A stretch of DNA of 55,328 nucleotides, filler included, from Sphacelaria rigidula (lineage: Eukaryota), in NCBI GenBank assembly GCA_964200075.2. It is 4 parts of 4 records of this genome, joined end to end, with 100 filler letters (N's around TTAATTAATTAA, not from the genome) between each part and the next. Parts side by side here need not be neighbours in the genome. Positions count along the whole stretch, not along the records: positions 13,861 to 27,617 come from CAXNAA020002685.1; positions 27,718 to 41,474 come from CAXNAA020002686.1; 2 more parts are not named here. The stretch is one strand, 5' to 3'. Of this stretch, positions 21,217 through 32,199 are shown one piece after another (position 1 is the stretch's first letter; each line of letters begins with the position of its first letter). The notes under the pieces were generated by a model. That model made no database searches. It was given only the letters and a program-made list of their open reading frames with translations, and was not told where the DNA came from. The translations under genes and the position numbers were made by a program.

Positions 21217-24200
21217 CTACAATGTATCATACGCTCGAGGAGAAAGACTAGGCACTCCTAGCTCCAACTTTACGTTCGAATCCTCCTCTGTCTCTTCAAA
21301 GTCTACATGAAATGTGCCCAGGCGTTCACGTACTGTAGCCCGCGAACCACAGAGCCGCCCCGAACTCACACCACCACCGCCGATTCCAATGGCGCTACAA
21401 TGACCTTCGCTGGTCTGACCACTCGAACGGCCAGCCTGCTCGCAACCCTCCCTAGCCCTGTCGCCACTGTGTCTAGCAGAAGGGACTGCCAGCTCTACCT
21501 TCATCACTTCTCCTGCCCTCGCCTCAGACGATATTCCACCAGGCCTTGAAGCTGGGTGTCCTGTCCTGGTACCCGATCTAGGACCGGCGAACGGACTTCG
21601 GCGAGCACCAACACCGTTGTTTGCCACAGAACCCAAGAATCCTGCGCGCTTGCGTTTTGTTCCTCTTTCATCGGCAACGGTTCCTTCACCACTTTTCGTT
21701 GGGCTACGGACGGGGATGCCCCCCCTAGTGTGCAGCTTCACGATGTCGGACACCGCAGCTGTCTTGTGTGCAGAGGTTTCTTGTTGGCCGACCTTTGCCT
21801 CATCAACGGTGTGCTTTTCACGGACAGCCAGTTTGAACCACCCCTCTTCATAGCAAGTGCTGCTCACCTCGTTCACCCTTCCCGCCCTGGCATGAGTGGA
21901 GCAGAACTCCGCCCTCATGCTTTCCACTGCATCAAACACTGGCTTCGTTGAGCAGCCCTCGTATCCGCACTTCTTGGCCACATTCACCATCCCCGCCCTA
22001 GAATGCCTCGAGCAGAACTGCGCCTTCTTGCTTCCCGCTACACCATACGACGGATGCGTGGAGCAGCCCTCGTAGCCGCACTTCTTGTTCACCACATTCA
22101 CCATTTCCGCCATTGCATGCTTGGAGCAGAACTCCGCCTTCTTGCTTCCCGCTACACCGTACGACGGCTTCGTGGAACAGCCCTCGTGGCCGCACTTCTT
22201 GCTTTTCACATCAACCATTGCCGACCTCGCATGCTTGGAGCAGAACTCCGCCTTCTTGCTTCCCGCTACACCATACGACGGCTGCGCGGAGCAGCCCTCG
22301 TAGCCGCACTTCTTGCTTTTCACATCCATCATTCCCTCTCTTGCATGCTTGGAGCAGAACTCCGCCTTCTTGCTTCCCGCTACACCATACGACGGCCTGG
22401 TTGAGCAGCCCTCGTAGCCGCACTTCTTCTCCACCACATTTACCATTTCCGCCGTGGCATGCCGAGAGCAAAACTCCGCCTTCTTGCTTCCCGCTACACC
22501 ATACGACGGATGCGTGGAGCAGCCCTCGTGGCCGCACTTCTTGCTTCTCACATCCACCATCGCCGACCTCGCATGCTTGGAGCAGAACTCCGCCTTCTTG
22601 CTTCCCGCTACACCGTACGACGGCTTCGTGGAACAGTCCTCGTAGCTGCACTTCTTGCTTTTCACATTAACCATCCCCCCTCTCGCATGCTTGGAGCAGA
22701 ACTCGGCCTTCTTGCTTCCCGCTACACCATACGACGGATGCGCGGAGCAGCCCTCGTAGCCGCACTTCTTGCTCACCACATCCACCATCCCCCCTCTTGC
22801 ATGCTTGGAGCAGAACTCCGCCCTCTTGCTTCCCGCTACACCGTACGACGGATGCGTTGAGCAGCCCTCGTAGCCGCACTTCTTAGCCACCACATTTACC
22901 ATTCCCGCCCTCGCATGCTTGGAGCAGAACTCCGCCTTCTTGCTTCCCACTACACCATACGACGGATGCGTGGAACAGCCCTCGTGGCAGCACTTCTTGT
23001 GAAATACATTCACCATTTTCACCCTCGCATGCTTGGAGCAGAACTCCGCCTTCTTGCTCCCCGCTACACCATACGATGGCTGCGTGGAGCAGCCCTCGTA
23101 GCCGCACTTCTTCTCCACCACATTTACCATCCCCGTTATGGCATGCTTGGAGCAGAACTCTGCTTTCTTGCTTCCCGCTACACCGTACGACGGATGCGCG
23201 GAGCAGCCCTCATAGCCGCACTTCTTGGCCACCACATTTACCATCCCCGCCTTCGCATGCTTAGAGCAGAACTCCGCCCTCTTGTTTCCCGCTACACCAT
23301 ACGACGGCTGCGTCAAGCAGCCCTCGTAGCCGCACTTCTTGGCCACCACATTGACCATTACCGCCGTGGCATGCCGAGAGCAAAACTCCGCCTTTTTGCT
23401 TCCCGCTACACCGTACGACGGATGCGCGGAGCAGCCCTCGTAGCCGCACCTCTTGCTCACCACATCCATCATCCCCCCTCTTGCATGCTTGGAGCAGAAC
23501 TCCGCCCTCTTGCTTCCCGCTACACCGTACGACGGATGCGTTGAGCAGCCCTCATAGCCGCACTTCTTGGCCACCACATTTACCATTTCCGCCCTCGCAT
23601 GCTTGGAGCAGAACTCCGCCCTCTTGCTCCCTGCTACACCATACGACGGATGCGTGGAGCAGCCCTCGTAGCCGCACTTCTTGTCCACCACATTCACCAT
23701 TCCCGCCATAGCATGCCGAGAGCAAAACTCCGCCTTCTTGCTTCCCGCTACACCATACGACGACGTCGTTGAACAGCCCTCGTAGCCGCACTTCTTGGTT
23801 TTCACATCTATCATCCCCGTTCTGGCATGCTTGGAGCAGAACTCCGCCTTCTTGCTTCCCGCTACACCATACGACGGATGCGTGGAGCAGCCCTCGTGGC
23901 AGCACTTCTTGTCCACCACATTCACCATTCCCGCTCTGGCATGCCGGGAGCAAAACTCCGCTTTTTTGCTTCCCGCTACACCATACGACGGATACGTTGA
24001 GCAGCCCTCGTGGACGCACTTCTTGTGCACTACATTTACCATCCCCGCACTGGCATGCTTGGAGCAGAACTCCGCCTTCTTGCTTCCCGCTACACCATAC
24101 GACGACGTCGTTGAGCAGCCCTCGTGGACGCACTTCTTGTGCACTACATTTACCATCCCCGAACTGGCATGCTTGGAGCAGAACTCCGCCTTCTTGCTTC

Positions 24201-24663
24201 CCGCTACACCATACGACGGCTGCGCGGAGCAGCCCTCGTAGCCGCACTTCTTGCTTTTCACATCTATCATCCCCGCCCTGGCATGCTTGGAGCAGAACTC
24301 CACCTTCTTGCTTCCCGCTACATCATACGACGGCTGCTTCGAGCAGCAGCCGTTGAAGCTGCACTTCTTGTGCACCACATTTACCATTCCCGCTCTTGCA
24401 TGCTTGGAGCAGAACCCAGCCTTCTCGTCTCCCGCTACACCGTACGACGGCTTCTTCGAGCAGCCCTCGTCGCCGCACGGTTTGTGCACCACATTCACAA
24501 CTCCCGCCCCGGGGTGCTCGGAGCAGAACTCAGCCAAGTAGCCCTGTAAACGGTGAGATGGCGGATTGGAGCAGTCCTCGTTGATGCGCACTTTCGGGCT
24601 AGGTCGACCAGCGGCTCCTTCGTGTCGTGCTCCTTTGAAAACTAACTGCTGACGGTAGCACAA
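21217..24663 (-). CDS. EsV-1-7 family cysteine-rich repeat protein with ~24 tandem 38-aa C-x4-C-x16-C-x2-H-x12 repeats
   Basis: Uninterrupted 1148-codon ORF; consensus CGYEGCSTHPSYGVAGSKKAEFCSKHARAGMVNVVAKK matches the EsV-1-7 motif spacing. The ORF-track start is TTG; the true start may be a spliced ATG-CAG mini-exon at 24777-24782 (GT at 24776, CAG acceptor at 24649, in frame). Confidence 0.93.
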   Translation of the reverse strand: MCYRQQLVFKGARHEGAAGRPSPKVRINEDCSNPPSHRLQGYLAEFCSEHPGAGVVNVVHKPCGDEGCSKKPSYGVAGDEKAGFCSKHARAGMVNVVHKKCSFNGCCSKQPSYDVAGSKKVEFCSKHARAGMIDVKSKKCGYEGCSAQPSYGVAGSKKAEFCSKHASSGMVNVVHKKCVHEGCSTTSSYGVAGSKKAEFCSKHASAGMVNVVHKKCVHEGCSTYPSYGVAGSKKAEFCSRHARAGMVNVVDKKCCHEGCSTHPSYGVAGSKKAEFCSKHARTGMIDVKTKKCGYEGCSTTSSYGVAGSKKAEFCSRHAMAGMVNVVDKKCGYEGCSTHPSYGVAGSKRAEFCSKHARAEMVNVVAKKCGYEGCSTHPSYGVAGSKRAEFCSKHARGGMMDVVSKRCGYEGCSAHPSYGVAGSKKAEFCSRHATAVMVNVVAKKCGYEGCLTQPSYGVAGNKRAEFCSKHAKAGMVNVVAKKCGYEGCSAHPSYGVAGSKKAEFCSKHAITGMVNVVEKKCGYEGCSTQPSYGVAGSKKAEFCSKHARVKMVNVFHKKCCHEGCSTHPSYGVVGSKKAEFCSKHARAGMVNVVAKKCGYEGCSTHPSYGVAGSKRAEFCSKHARGGMVDVVSKKCGYEGCSAHPSYGVAGSKKAEFCSKHARGGMVNVKSKKCSYEDCSTKPSYGVAGSKKAEFCSKHARSAMVDVRSKKCGHEGCSTHPSYGVAGSKKAEFCSRHATAEMVNVVEKKCGYEGCSTRPSYGVAGSKKAEFCSKHAREGMMDVKSKKCGYEGCSAQPSYGVAGSKKAEFCSKHARSAMVDVKSKKCGHEGCSTKPSYGVAGSKKAEFCSKHAMAEMVNVVNKKCGYEGCSTHPSYGVAGSKKAQFCSRHSRAGMVNVAKKCGYEGCSTKPVFDAVESMRAEFCSTHARAGRVNEVSSTCYEEGWFKLAVREKHTVDEAKVGQQETSAHKTAAVSDIVKLHTRGGIPVRSPTKSGEGTVADERGTKRKRAGFLGSVANNGVGARRSPFAGPRSGTRTGHPASRPGGISSEARAGEVMKVELAVPSARHSGDRAREGCEQAGRSSGQTSEGHCSAIGIGGGGVSSGRLCGSRATVRERLGTFHVDFEETEEDSNVKLELGVPSLSPRAYDTL
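21856..24477 (-). repeat. Coding minisatellite, 114-bp unit x23 (plus one degenerate N-terminal unit)
   Basis: Near-identical units visible at DNA level; only indels are one +3-bp and one -3-bp unit, both frame-preserving. Confidence 0.97.
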
Positions 24664-25819
24664 ATATCAAGACGGCAGAAAATACCCCGTCAGCCACGGG
24701 TAGAAGTGAGTTGAAACGCTTTGCACAAAAAGCGAGGTTGCTATTACGGCACATACTACGGAGAAACAGCTGCTACCTGCATTCAACGCAGACTACGCTC
24801 TGAGTAAGCTGATCCCAACAATCACAACGCTACTCGCAAGATCATTCCAGCGAAGGGAGCGTCTTTTACACAATTGAGGAAGGGATCGGGAGCGGATGAA
24901 GTTCCAGTGTAGTACAATAGCAGGATGACTGCACAAAACATGTCAGGCACAAGACCAAAGCTAAACCATGCTCAAGTCATATCAATGATATCTGACACTC
25001 ATGTATAAAAATACAAAACCCAGGGCTTGTACGTCAGACAGGACGAGCCAGCTAGATATTATTGTGCAAAGTGAAGAGCCAGACAACACCGACAGACTGA
25101 GCGATCGCTATGCAGCATTACATGCGCAATTCACGTGGGTACGCGTTGGAACGGCCGCGTGTGGTGGGGAGGGGCAGCGTTCGCTCAACAGCGCCTGCAA
25201 AATGCACGGGTCGTATATGCCTTGTGAGAAGGGCCACGGCGATGTTGAACTCTTGGACGGGACGACTCGAAAACAGACGTGTATCTAATGTGCCGCACGT
25301 GCTTTTGCGGTGGCTCTGTAAGCCTCTACACAATATCAGCTGCTTATCTGTGTTGCAAACTCCGCGATAACGATGGCGATACAAAACAAGGTTTGTATAG
25401 AAATCGGCATCCAAGTCACACCGGCAAGGATGTGGTGAAACGTTATGACCGCATCAGCTTTGGCAAGACCTATAACCGTTGAGCGAAAACCGACCCAGGT
25501 GATTCTGCGCTATCCGCATCACTCTGCGGCCTCTGTGAACGTTTCGGCAGTTCTCGATTTGTGCGACGATTGCGTGTGTTCCTTGCAAGATTTGTGTTTC
25601 TTCCCAGAATATTGGAAGACTTACCACTGCCGTGGAGACCAGAACCGACACAGAGATTATACAGTGAATTTGGAACAAAGAATGTTACAGCGGCAAGGTC
25701 CGCTGTCATCGTTTCGATGCACGGTCTACATGGCATCATATGCTACGACAGCGCCGAAATACACTGCAGGAACACGGTTCTTCATCGCTACCTGCAGGCA
25801 AAGGTTTCATCCGTCGCAC

Positions 25820-26330
25820 AGCTCATGAGCTAGCTCATCTGCGCTCGATCTGTAGCTCGCTTGTAGTCAAACATGTACATGCGAGCTACGTCCGATAGCT
25901 CAACCAAGGTAGACATGCGCTGATGAGCTACAGGGTGGAAGCTCATCCAGGACGGACGCGAGTAGCTCATGTACCTCTCATGGCTTACCCAGGGCACACA
26001 TGCGCGGGTGACGTACGTCCGGTAGCTCATCTAGAGCAATTATGCGTAGCGCACCTAGCTCTTATAGCTCATCGAGGTCAAACATACGTAGCTCATGTAG
26101 CTCTCACCGGTCATCCAGGACGAACACGCGTAGCTCATGCATCTCTCATAGCTCACCGAGGGTGAATATAAGCTGGTGAGCAACGGGTTGGTACCTCACC
26201 TACGGCAAACATGCGTGGCTCATTCAGCTCTCATAGCTCACCCAGGGCGAATATGAGCTGATGAGCTACGAGTTGGTTGCTTTTCCTGGGCAAACATACG
26301 GAGCTCATGTTGCTCTCATAGCTCACTAGG
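25820..26330. repeat. AGCT-rich ~42-bp-period array
   Basis: Units such as TAGCTCATCGAGGTCAAACATACGTAGCTCATGTAGCTCTCA; related arrays at 32730-32950 and 37550-37830. Confidence 0.85.
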
Positions 26331-27617
26331 GAGATACGCTAAACAAGACCTACCTCGAGCTGCAGGGAGCCTCCGACGTGTGGAAGGTTCAGCAGCCTTT
26401 GCGGGAGCATGGCTCGGGTCAGCTTTCAGCATTTACCGTTCTGCTGGACGTTCATGGTTGCCCGAAATAGCAGCAGTGTCCCGAACATCGTCGGCAAACG
26501 TATTGCAGTCACAATGGTACCCTACGTGTATAAAGCGCTTCCGACATGCACCACCGGAACACGGTCGGTGCGTTGGCGGTGTGGTGTACAGAAAAGCGTC
26601 ATTGGCTGCGCTGTGGCATGGACAGGAAGTATTTGGTTCCAGCAACTCCCATCGTCTTCGACCATTTGTACTAAACTTGATTCCTGATTGTATTATATAA
26701 TAGGTTTCACAAGAGCTTGCGGAGATAAAGGCACATGATATTCATCCTCGCGATGATGAGAATGAGCTGCTAAGCTATGCTGTGCCGTGGCTGTCGGTGT
26801 TGATAAGCTTTAGCGGTGAGCCTATACATCGTCGCCACATACGTCGTACTTGACGGGGTACAATGTGACGTCGGCGTGTGTATGCCGTGCTGGCCATGGC
26901 CTGAAATATAACGGAAATGCACAAAGTGACTGTGTGGTGTTGAGTACACAACAGATTACTACGCTGCACCGTAGTCACAGAGCAACTCACGTCGATTTTT
27001 CAGCAAGCGCAAGACCAAAGATCGCGAGACAAATACTTCGACCAGCTGCAGCACCATTGTTGGACGGGCGGCATTGCGTTGGTCACGCTCACTGGTGAAG
27101 CGTACGCTCCCTTGTCTTCACGAAGCTAGCAAGCACAAAGAACGTGCTCATCCACACCGCATGATTCATCCACATACACGACAGAGAAGCACAGTATCTT
27201 TCTCCATCAGATACTTATGCAACAGCTGTTTTGGGCTGGTAAATATCTGATCATTTCCCAATCTCTCCTGCGTTACATTCGGCCACTAGCGATAGAAGAA
27301 GTGTACCATGTGGGCTGGACAGCGGTTCACCTCACCATTTCTTACGGCAACAATGAAAGGGTAGTGGACGGAAATGGGTCGAACCACCCCCGTTGAAAAC
27401 AAAGTGAGGTAGCTGCAAAAACACAGGGACGGTCTCTACCGGTGCTCCCCCGAAATCAATCTAAATTCAATCCCGATGCGAAGGCAACACGACCACGCCC
27501 TAAGTGAAGCACATGAATCAACTTTCAGGAACTTTCGGGCGCACCCAGGGGGGTCTCTGGATTGGAAATGACCAACCCCAACCCCCTACGAGCCCCTTTT
27601 TTGGGCCCGAAAGTTCC

Positions 27618-27717
27618 NNNNNNNNNNNNNNNNNNNNNNNNNNNNNNNNNNNNNNNNNNNNTTAATTAATTAANNNNNNNNNNNNNNNNNNNNNNNNNNN
27701 NNNNNNNNNNNNNNNNN
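27618..27717. other. Artificial contig linker
   Basis: N44-TTAATTAATTAA-N44. Confidence 0.99.
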
Positions 27718-28040
27718 GTATACAACTTGTCAGTCCCGCATTAGCCCGAAGGCGGGAAAAATGTGCGGGCGCCCATCCCCAAAAAGTTGGCCAAGCAAGT
27801 TGTACATGACGTTCCCAACTCATGATAATAAGAAATGTGTGACAAGTACAATATACGCATCCAAATTTTCAGCGCAGAGTTGACTTATGTGCCCATTATT
27901 TACCCCGGAAGTCATGGAAGGTATGAAGCGAGAGCCTTCGGGTTATACTGAGCCACGCACAAGCTAACAAGTTGTATTAATTACAAATGATGTACGACTA
28001 GTATGATCTATTCATTGAAATGATGGCTCTGAGTTGACGA
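27718..28040 (+). repeat. Copy of the 12405-12880 repeat family
   Basis: Colinear with ~12535-12855. Confidence 0.8.
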
Positions 28041-28129
28041 AGAGTCATCATGTCACATCGCCAAACATTCTGAAAGCATCGTGTGCGCAGTCGGTACCTT
28101 TACCGTGCACGGTACGGTAGGGTATCACA

Positions 28130-28340
28130 GTAATGTTCTGTGTTACACTGCACTGCTCTGCGTTGGGCTTGTTCTGTTGTGGTAAGTGTAGTGTAGTGCA
28201 GCGTACAGTGTTGTATTGTGGGAGCACGCAGTACGCTGCCGTGCTGGTTTGTGCGGAACTGTGCCGTGATATGCTGTAGTGTGTATTGTAGTCTAGTCTA
28301 GTGTAGCGTAGCCTAGCCTAGCCCAGCGTAGTGTATCCGT
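28130..28340. repeat. Degenerate pentanucleotide simple repeat (GTGTA/GCCTA-like)
   Basis: AGTGTAGTGTAGTGC...TAGTCTAGTCTAGTGTAGCGTAGCCTAGCCTAGCC. Confidence 0.7.
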
Positions 28341-28824
28341 GTTGCTGTGCTATGCTTTGTTGGGCCCGGACAAGGACACCCCGAGTGGGTTCTGTCAAGG
28401 TCCGTTTTTACACAGCAATTGCCAACTGCGGTAAACCACCGTATACTCAGTGCGCAACTTTGTTCACGATGTGCAATCTACAATATCCTCCATGTTTTTT
28501 TCCCCTACTATGGTACCGGCCACATCCCCTTCGCTGTCGGTTAGTTTGAAGCACAGAGAGGTGAACAGTGCTTCGTGTACCGGCACGGCGGAGCAACTCG
28601 TACAGGTGATTTCAGTACAATATTGCGTGTTTCCTTCCTGTGAGGTCCCAGCACAACAGCGTACGACCACGCCGTCGATGGTTCTTGATTGGAAGAACGC
28701 ATCTTTCCACCATTACGCAGAGGTGCCGCTCGTGCACGGTACTAAACAGCCGCGGCGAATTGCCGCGCCTCCTTGTATCTGCCGGGTGTAGTTTTACGTT
28801 GACTCGCCATGATACGCAAGCAGT

Positions 28825-29300
28825 CATGCTGCATAAACCATTGGTCCGCTGAGTCGAGGGTGGATAACACATATGCAGCGCATTACCCGTGGGAACAAAA
28901 TACGCATGATGCAGGCCCCATAAACATGAAATGGCAGAATTCAACTCTTTGCCGAGTGTTGGTCCCACATTCACTCGAGGGTGGATAACATATTACATAT
29001 TGTCCAGTGCAGGCATCTTGCGCGCATTACAGGTTGGACTAAAGTGTGTGTGGCTCAGGGCCGATGACTTCAGATTATTAAACCTGTATGACTTATGTAG
29101 GTCCAGCATTAATCCGAAGGTGGGAAACATACACGGGCGCTCACGTTGAACTTGTCACACATGGCGTACATGTACAAGCCATTCACGCCTTGAGTCATGA
29201 AGAAGAAATGGCTGTGTGAATTACAAATGATGTACGAACCGTATGATTTATTCGTCGAAACGATGACTCTGAGTTGACTCACGAGTTGATTTGTCCTGAC
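28825..29300 (+). repeat. Rearranged copy of the 12405-12880 repeat family
   Basis: TTGGTCCGCTGAGTCGAGGGTGGATAACACATATGCAGCGCA identical to ~12420-12460; internal duplication of TCGAGGGTGGATAACA. Confidence 0.8.
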
Positions 29301-29689
29301 CGTGAAACTTTCCATCTGTCCGAATACGCTAAGGGGTTGTCCACAACCAGGACCCATAACGTACGAAGATCGATGCCCCCGAACACACAGTAATACATCG
29401 TAAGAGGACGTACACCTTCCTCTGTTGTACACACTTACAGAAGCCTTCTCCCGGGGACGCGGGACAACTCGAGCTTGGCCTTGTACTTACGCCACGGGTG
29501 TCGCATCACCCGTTTGTAGCCTCAAACGGCAACATGTCGATCTGATCTGTTCACTGAGTTGTTTTGGTGGGATTCTTTCCGCTTCCCGCGCACCTTGGCT
29601 TGCAATCTGCTGCACTACAACACAGTTCGTGTACAGCATTGAAATTCGACGACGCCGTTTTCCCCAGGCTTTTCACGTTCAGAGCAAGC

Positions 29690-30135
29690 TCTCACACGAC
29701 CATCTTTGAACCGGACGGCAAAACTGAAAATCTCTCATGAAAATCTCTGAACCGAGCACAAGTCTCACATGGCTGTCTTTGGATCGTACGGCAGGAGATA
29801 TCTTGCATGATTTTTTCTGAACCGAGCCCAAATTTTGCATGACCATCTTGACAAAAGAGACACGTGTAATTCTGCTGCATTCATATGTCAACCGCTGGAT
29901 ATATCCCGGACTGGAGCATCGTCTTCTCCGAAACGTATCAAAATGGTGCTTTGACAGCAACAAAACAGTCGATGAAGTGGTGAATTTGTCTTCGCACCCG
30001 GTTCAGCGGATCCAACCAGGCCGATAGGGAAACACGCGTGATTGGCTCTGCCAGAGAAAAAAATCACACATGATTATCTTTGGACCGGACGGCAAACGTG
30101 AAAACCTCACATGACCATCTTTGAATCGGTTCATG
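29690..30135. repeat. Cluster of short degenerate direct repeats (CATGACCATCTTTGAACCG-like)
   Basis: Motif recurs ~5 times at 29695-29850 and twice at 30068-30130; probably transposon subterminal repeats. Confidence 0.6.
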
Positions 30136-32199
30136 CACATGGACACGTGAGGACACCTACAACGCAGGGCATGTGTAAAGCAATTATTCTTTTTTGTCTA
30201 CTATTTCCGCGACAAGTTGCCCGAATTGGTGCAGAACCATCAGCTGAAGCCTTCAGTGGGCGTTTGCCAAGGCGGGTTTGGGTTGATTCTGACGAAGGTT
30301 ACGTCTATCCCCCCTTTAATTCGAGTGTATTGATTCCATTTCCGGTTTGCTTTGATAGCCTACCTCAAATACCCCGAATCAGTGTCTGGTGTAGAAAATG
30401 GTTATTTTTCATTGAGGGAATTGAACATCAGACTGCGACCCCCCGCCAGATCTCACATCGTCTACGACACAACATGGGTTTGGGATACTTGTATTCAAAA
30501 TACGAAGTACATTAGCACGAACAGGTGATTGTTGGGTATCTATAAAAATAGTGATGCAGGCGGACCCCGAATGGTTTTTGCAAGCACTGTCTACGGTACA
30601 TTTCGGTGTTGCAGCAATTCGTGGACCCATGCGTCGCAAGTGGTACACGCTTGCTCCCCATACCACTGCGATATAGCCGAGCAAGATACTCTGCCTATAC
30701 TTTTGCAGTGTTGGCATCTTGGGGCCGTGCTGGCACCCCTGGAGCATTCTTCAATACTGCAGTGAATGTCACATCACTTCAGCTGTGATGTTCTGCCTGT
30801 GCAGCTGCTGTACTGATCGCATTTGCAGCGACAAAAAATGGACAGTACGGACCACCTCTTTCAACGGTTAAATACAACAGCAGCAATACACATGACCTGT
30901 ATCATCGAGAACCTTTGCAGACGGCAGTGTATACCGCGACTCTCTACGCATAGTGTTATACGGTACAGCGCAACCTGGGTCGGCCAAGAGCTCGTAGGGA
31001 AACGCGAATATCGCCACGCGGAGCTCACCTTTTCCAGTTTGGAGCTGCCATGACACGTGATTCGCGACAGCATCACCGACACATTTCAATGCCACCTGAC
31101 CCTTTTTTTGGCGGAGATATCAGCCAACCGATCGGATTGACCGCTATTCTTGTCGGTTATATCTCGTCGGGAATAAATAAAGTAGGGGGCGTTCGAGAGA
31201 GTTGGGCACATTGCAAATTACGTAAAAAAAATAATGTCTCACCTCGAGAAGTGGGCTTCACGTGGTGATATTTGCACCAAGATGGCTCTGAATATAACCT
31301 CACGTACAATTTTGCAATTCATTTCCGAATGACGGTGAATAACAGAGCGAGACATTCACCGCTTTTCCTTGTGCTTGGGAGGTGCACGCTCAGATAGTTT
31401 GGCAAAATAGGCATGACGGAATGTTATTTGGAAAAGTAGACACAGGGTCTTGATGAAAAGTGCAAAATCCACGGCATCGACGTCGAGAACTCATGAACTG
31501 GACGGCTGCTCGTGAACGCCTCAGCTAGCCGATCTACACTATATTCTCGGCTGTCCTCATGCAGCGCCGTTCATACGATATGGTTATCTGACGCAACGTG
31601 ACTTTCTTCTACGGTACACTTATCGTATGTGTACAGCCACTTGACAAAGCGAAAGGCAAGATAGAAGGGACTTCTCAACAAGCGAAAAAAGCAAGTTAGT
31701 TGATGTGCTCCAAGAGTTGAGTGATACAGTTCATGTGGTGGAGTACGACTAGGCTCAACTGAAGGCGATACGCACATCAATAGATATTCCGTGAGGTAAC
31801 ATTACGACCAAAAAATCAAGCAAAACAAACACACTGGTCAACTTCCTTCCTTCGGGCTTGGTACTCGAATTCGAATTTCCCTATGGAAACTTCTAAATAC
31901 GCATGGATGACTTCATGGGCGTATCGGTTAATATAGAAATGCCTGCCCCCCCCAAGGAGTGGCATCGGGTGGCAACGACGGTGTAAAACATGCCACTTAC
32001 TGCGTGAGCGAGGCAACCAGGTTTCCGTTTTTGTCTTGCTTGCGTATTTTTGCGGTAACCATGATGATCGTCGGGACGGATCATGTTGTGCGGATGGGAG
32101 ATTCCTAACTCTGCGCAAAGAGGATGATCGTCCTACGTTGTGTTTTTATGGTGAAACACCCATGAGGCAGCGTATCCCGTGACTGTCTCTGAAAAGGAC

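Noticed and set aside
21856-24477. CRISPR-like repeat-spacer array
   Set aside because: Units are contiguous, in-frame coding repeats with no unique spacers; no cas genes; eukaryotic context.
21307-24584. Many overlapping ORFs on other frames and strands
   Set aside because: Shadows of the 114-bp coding repeat; only the 1148-aa frame is continuous.
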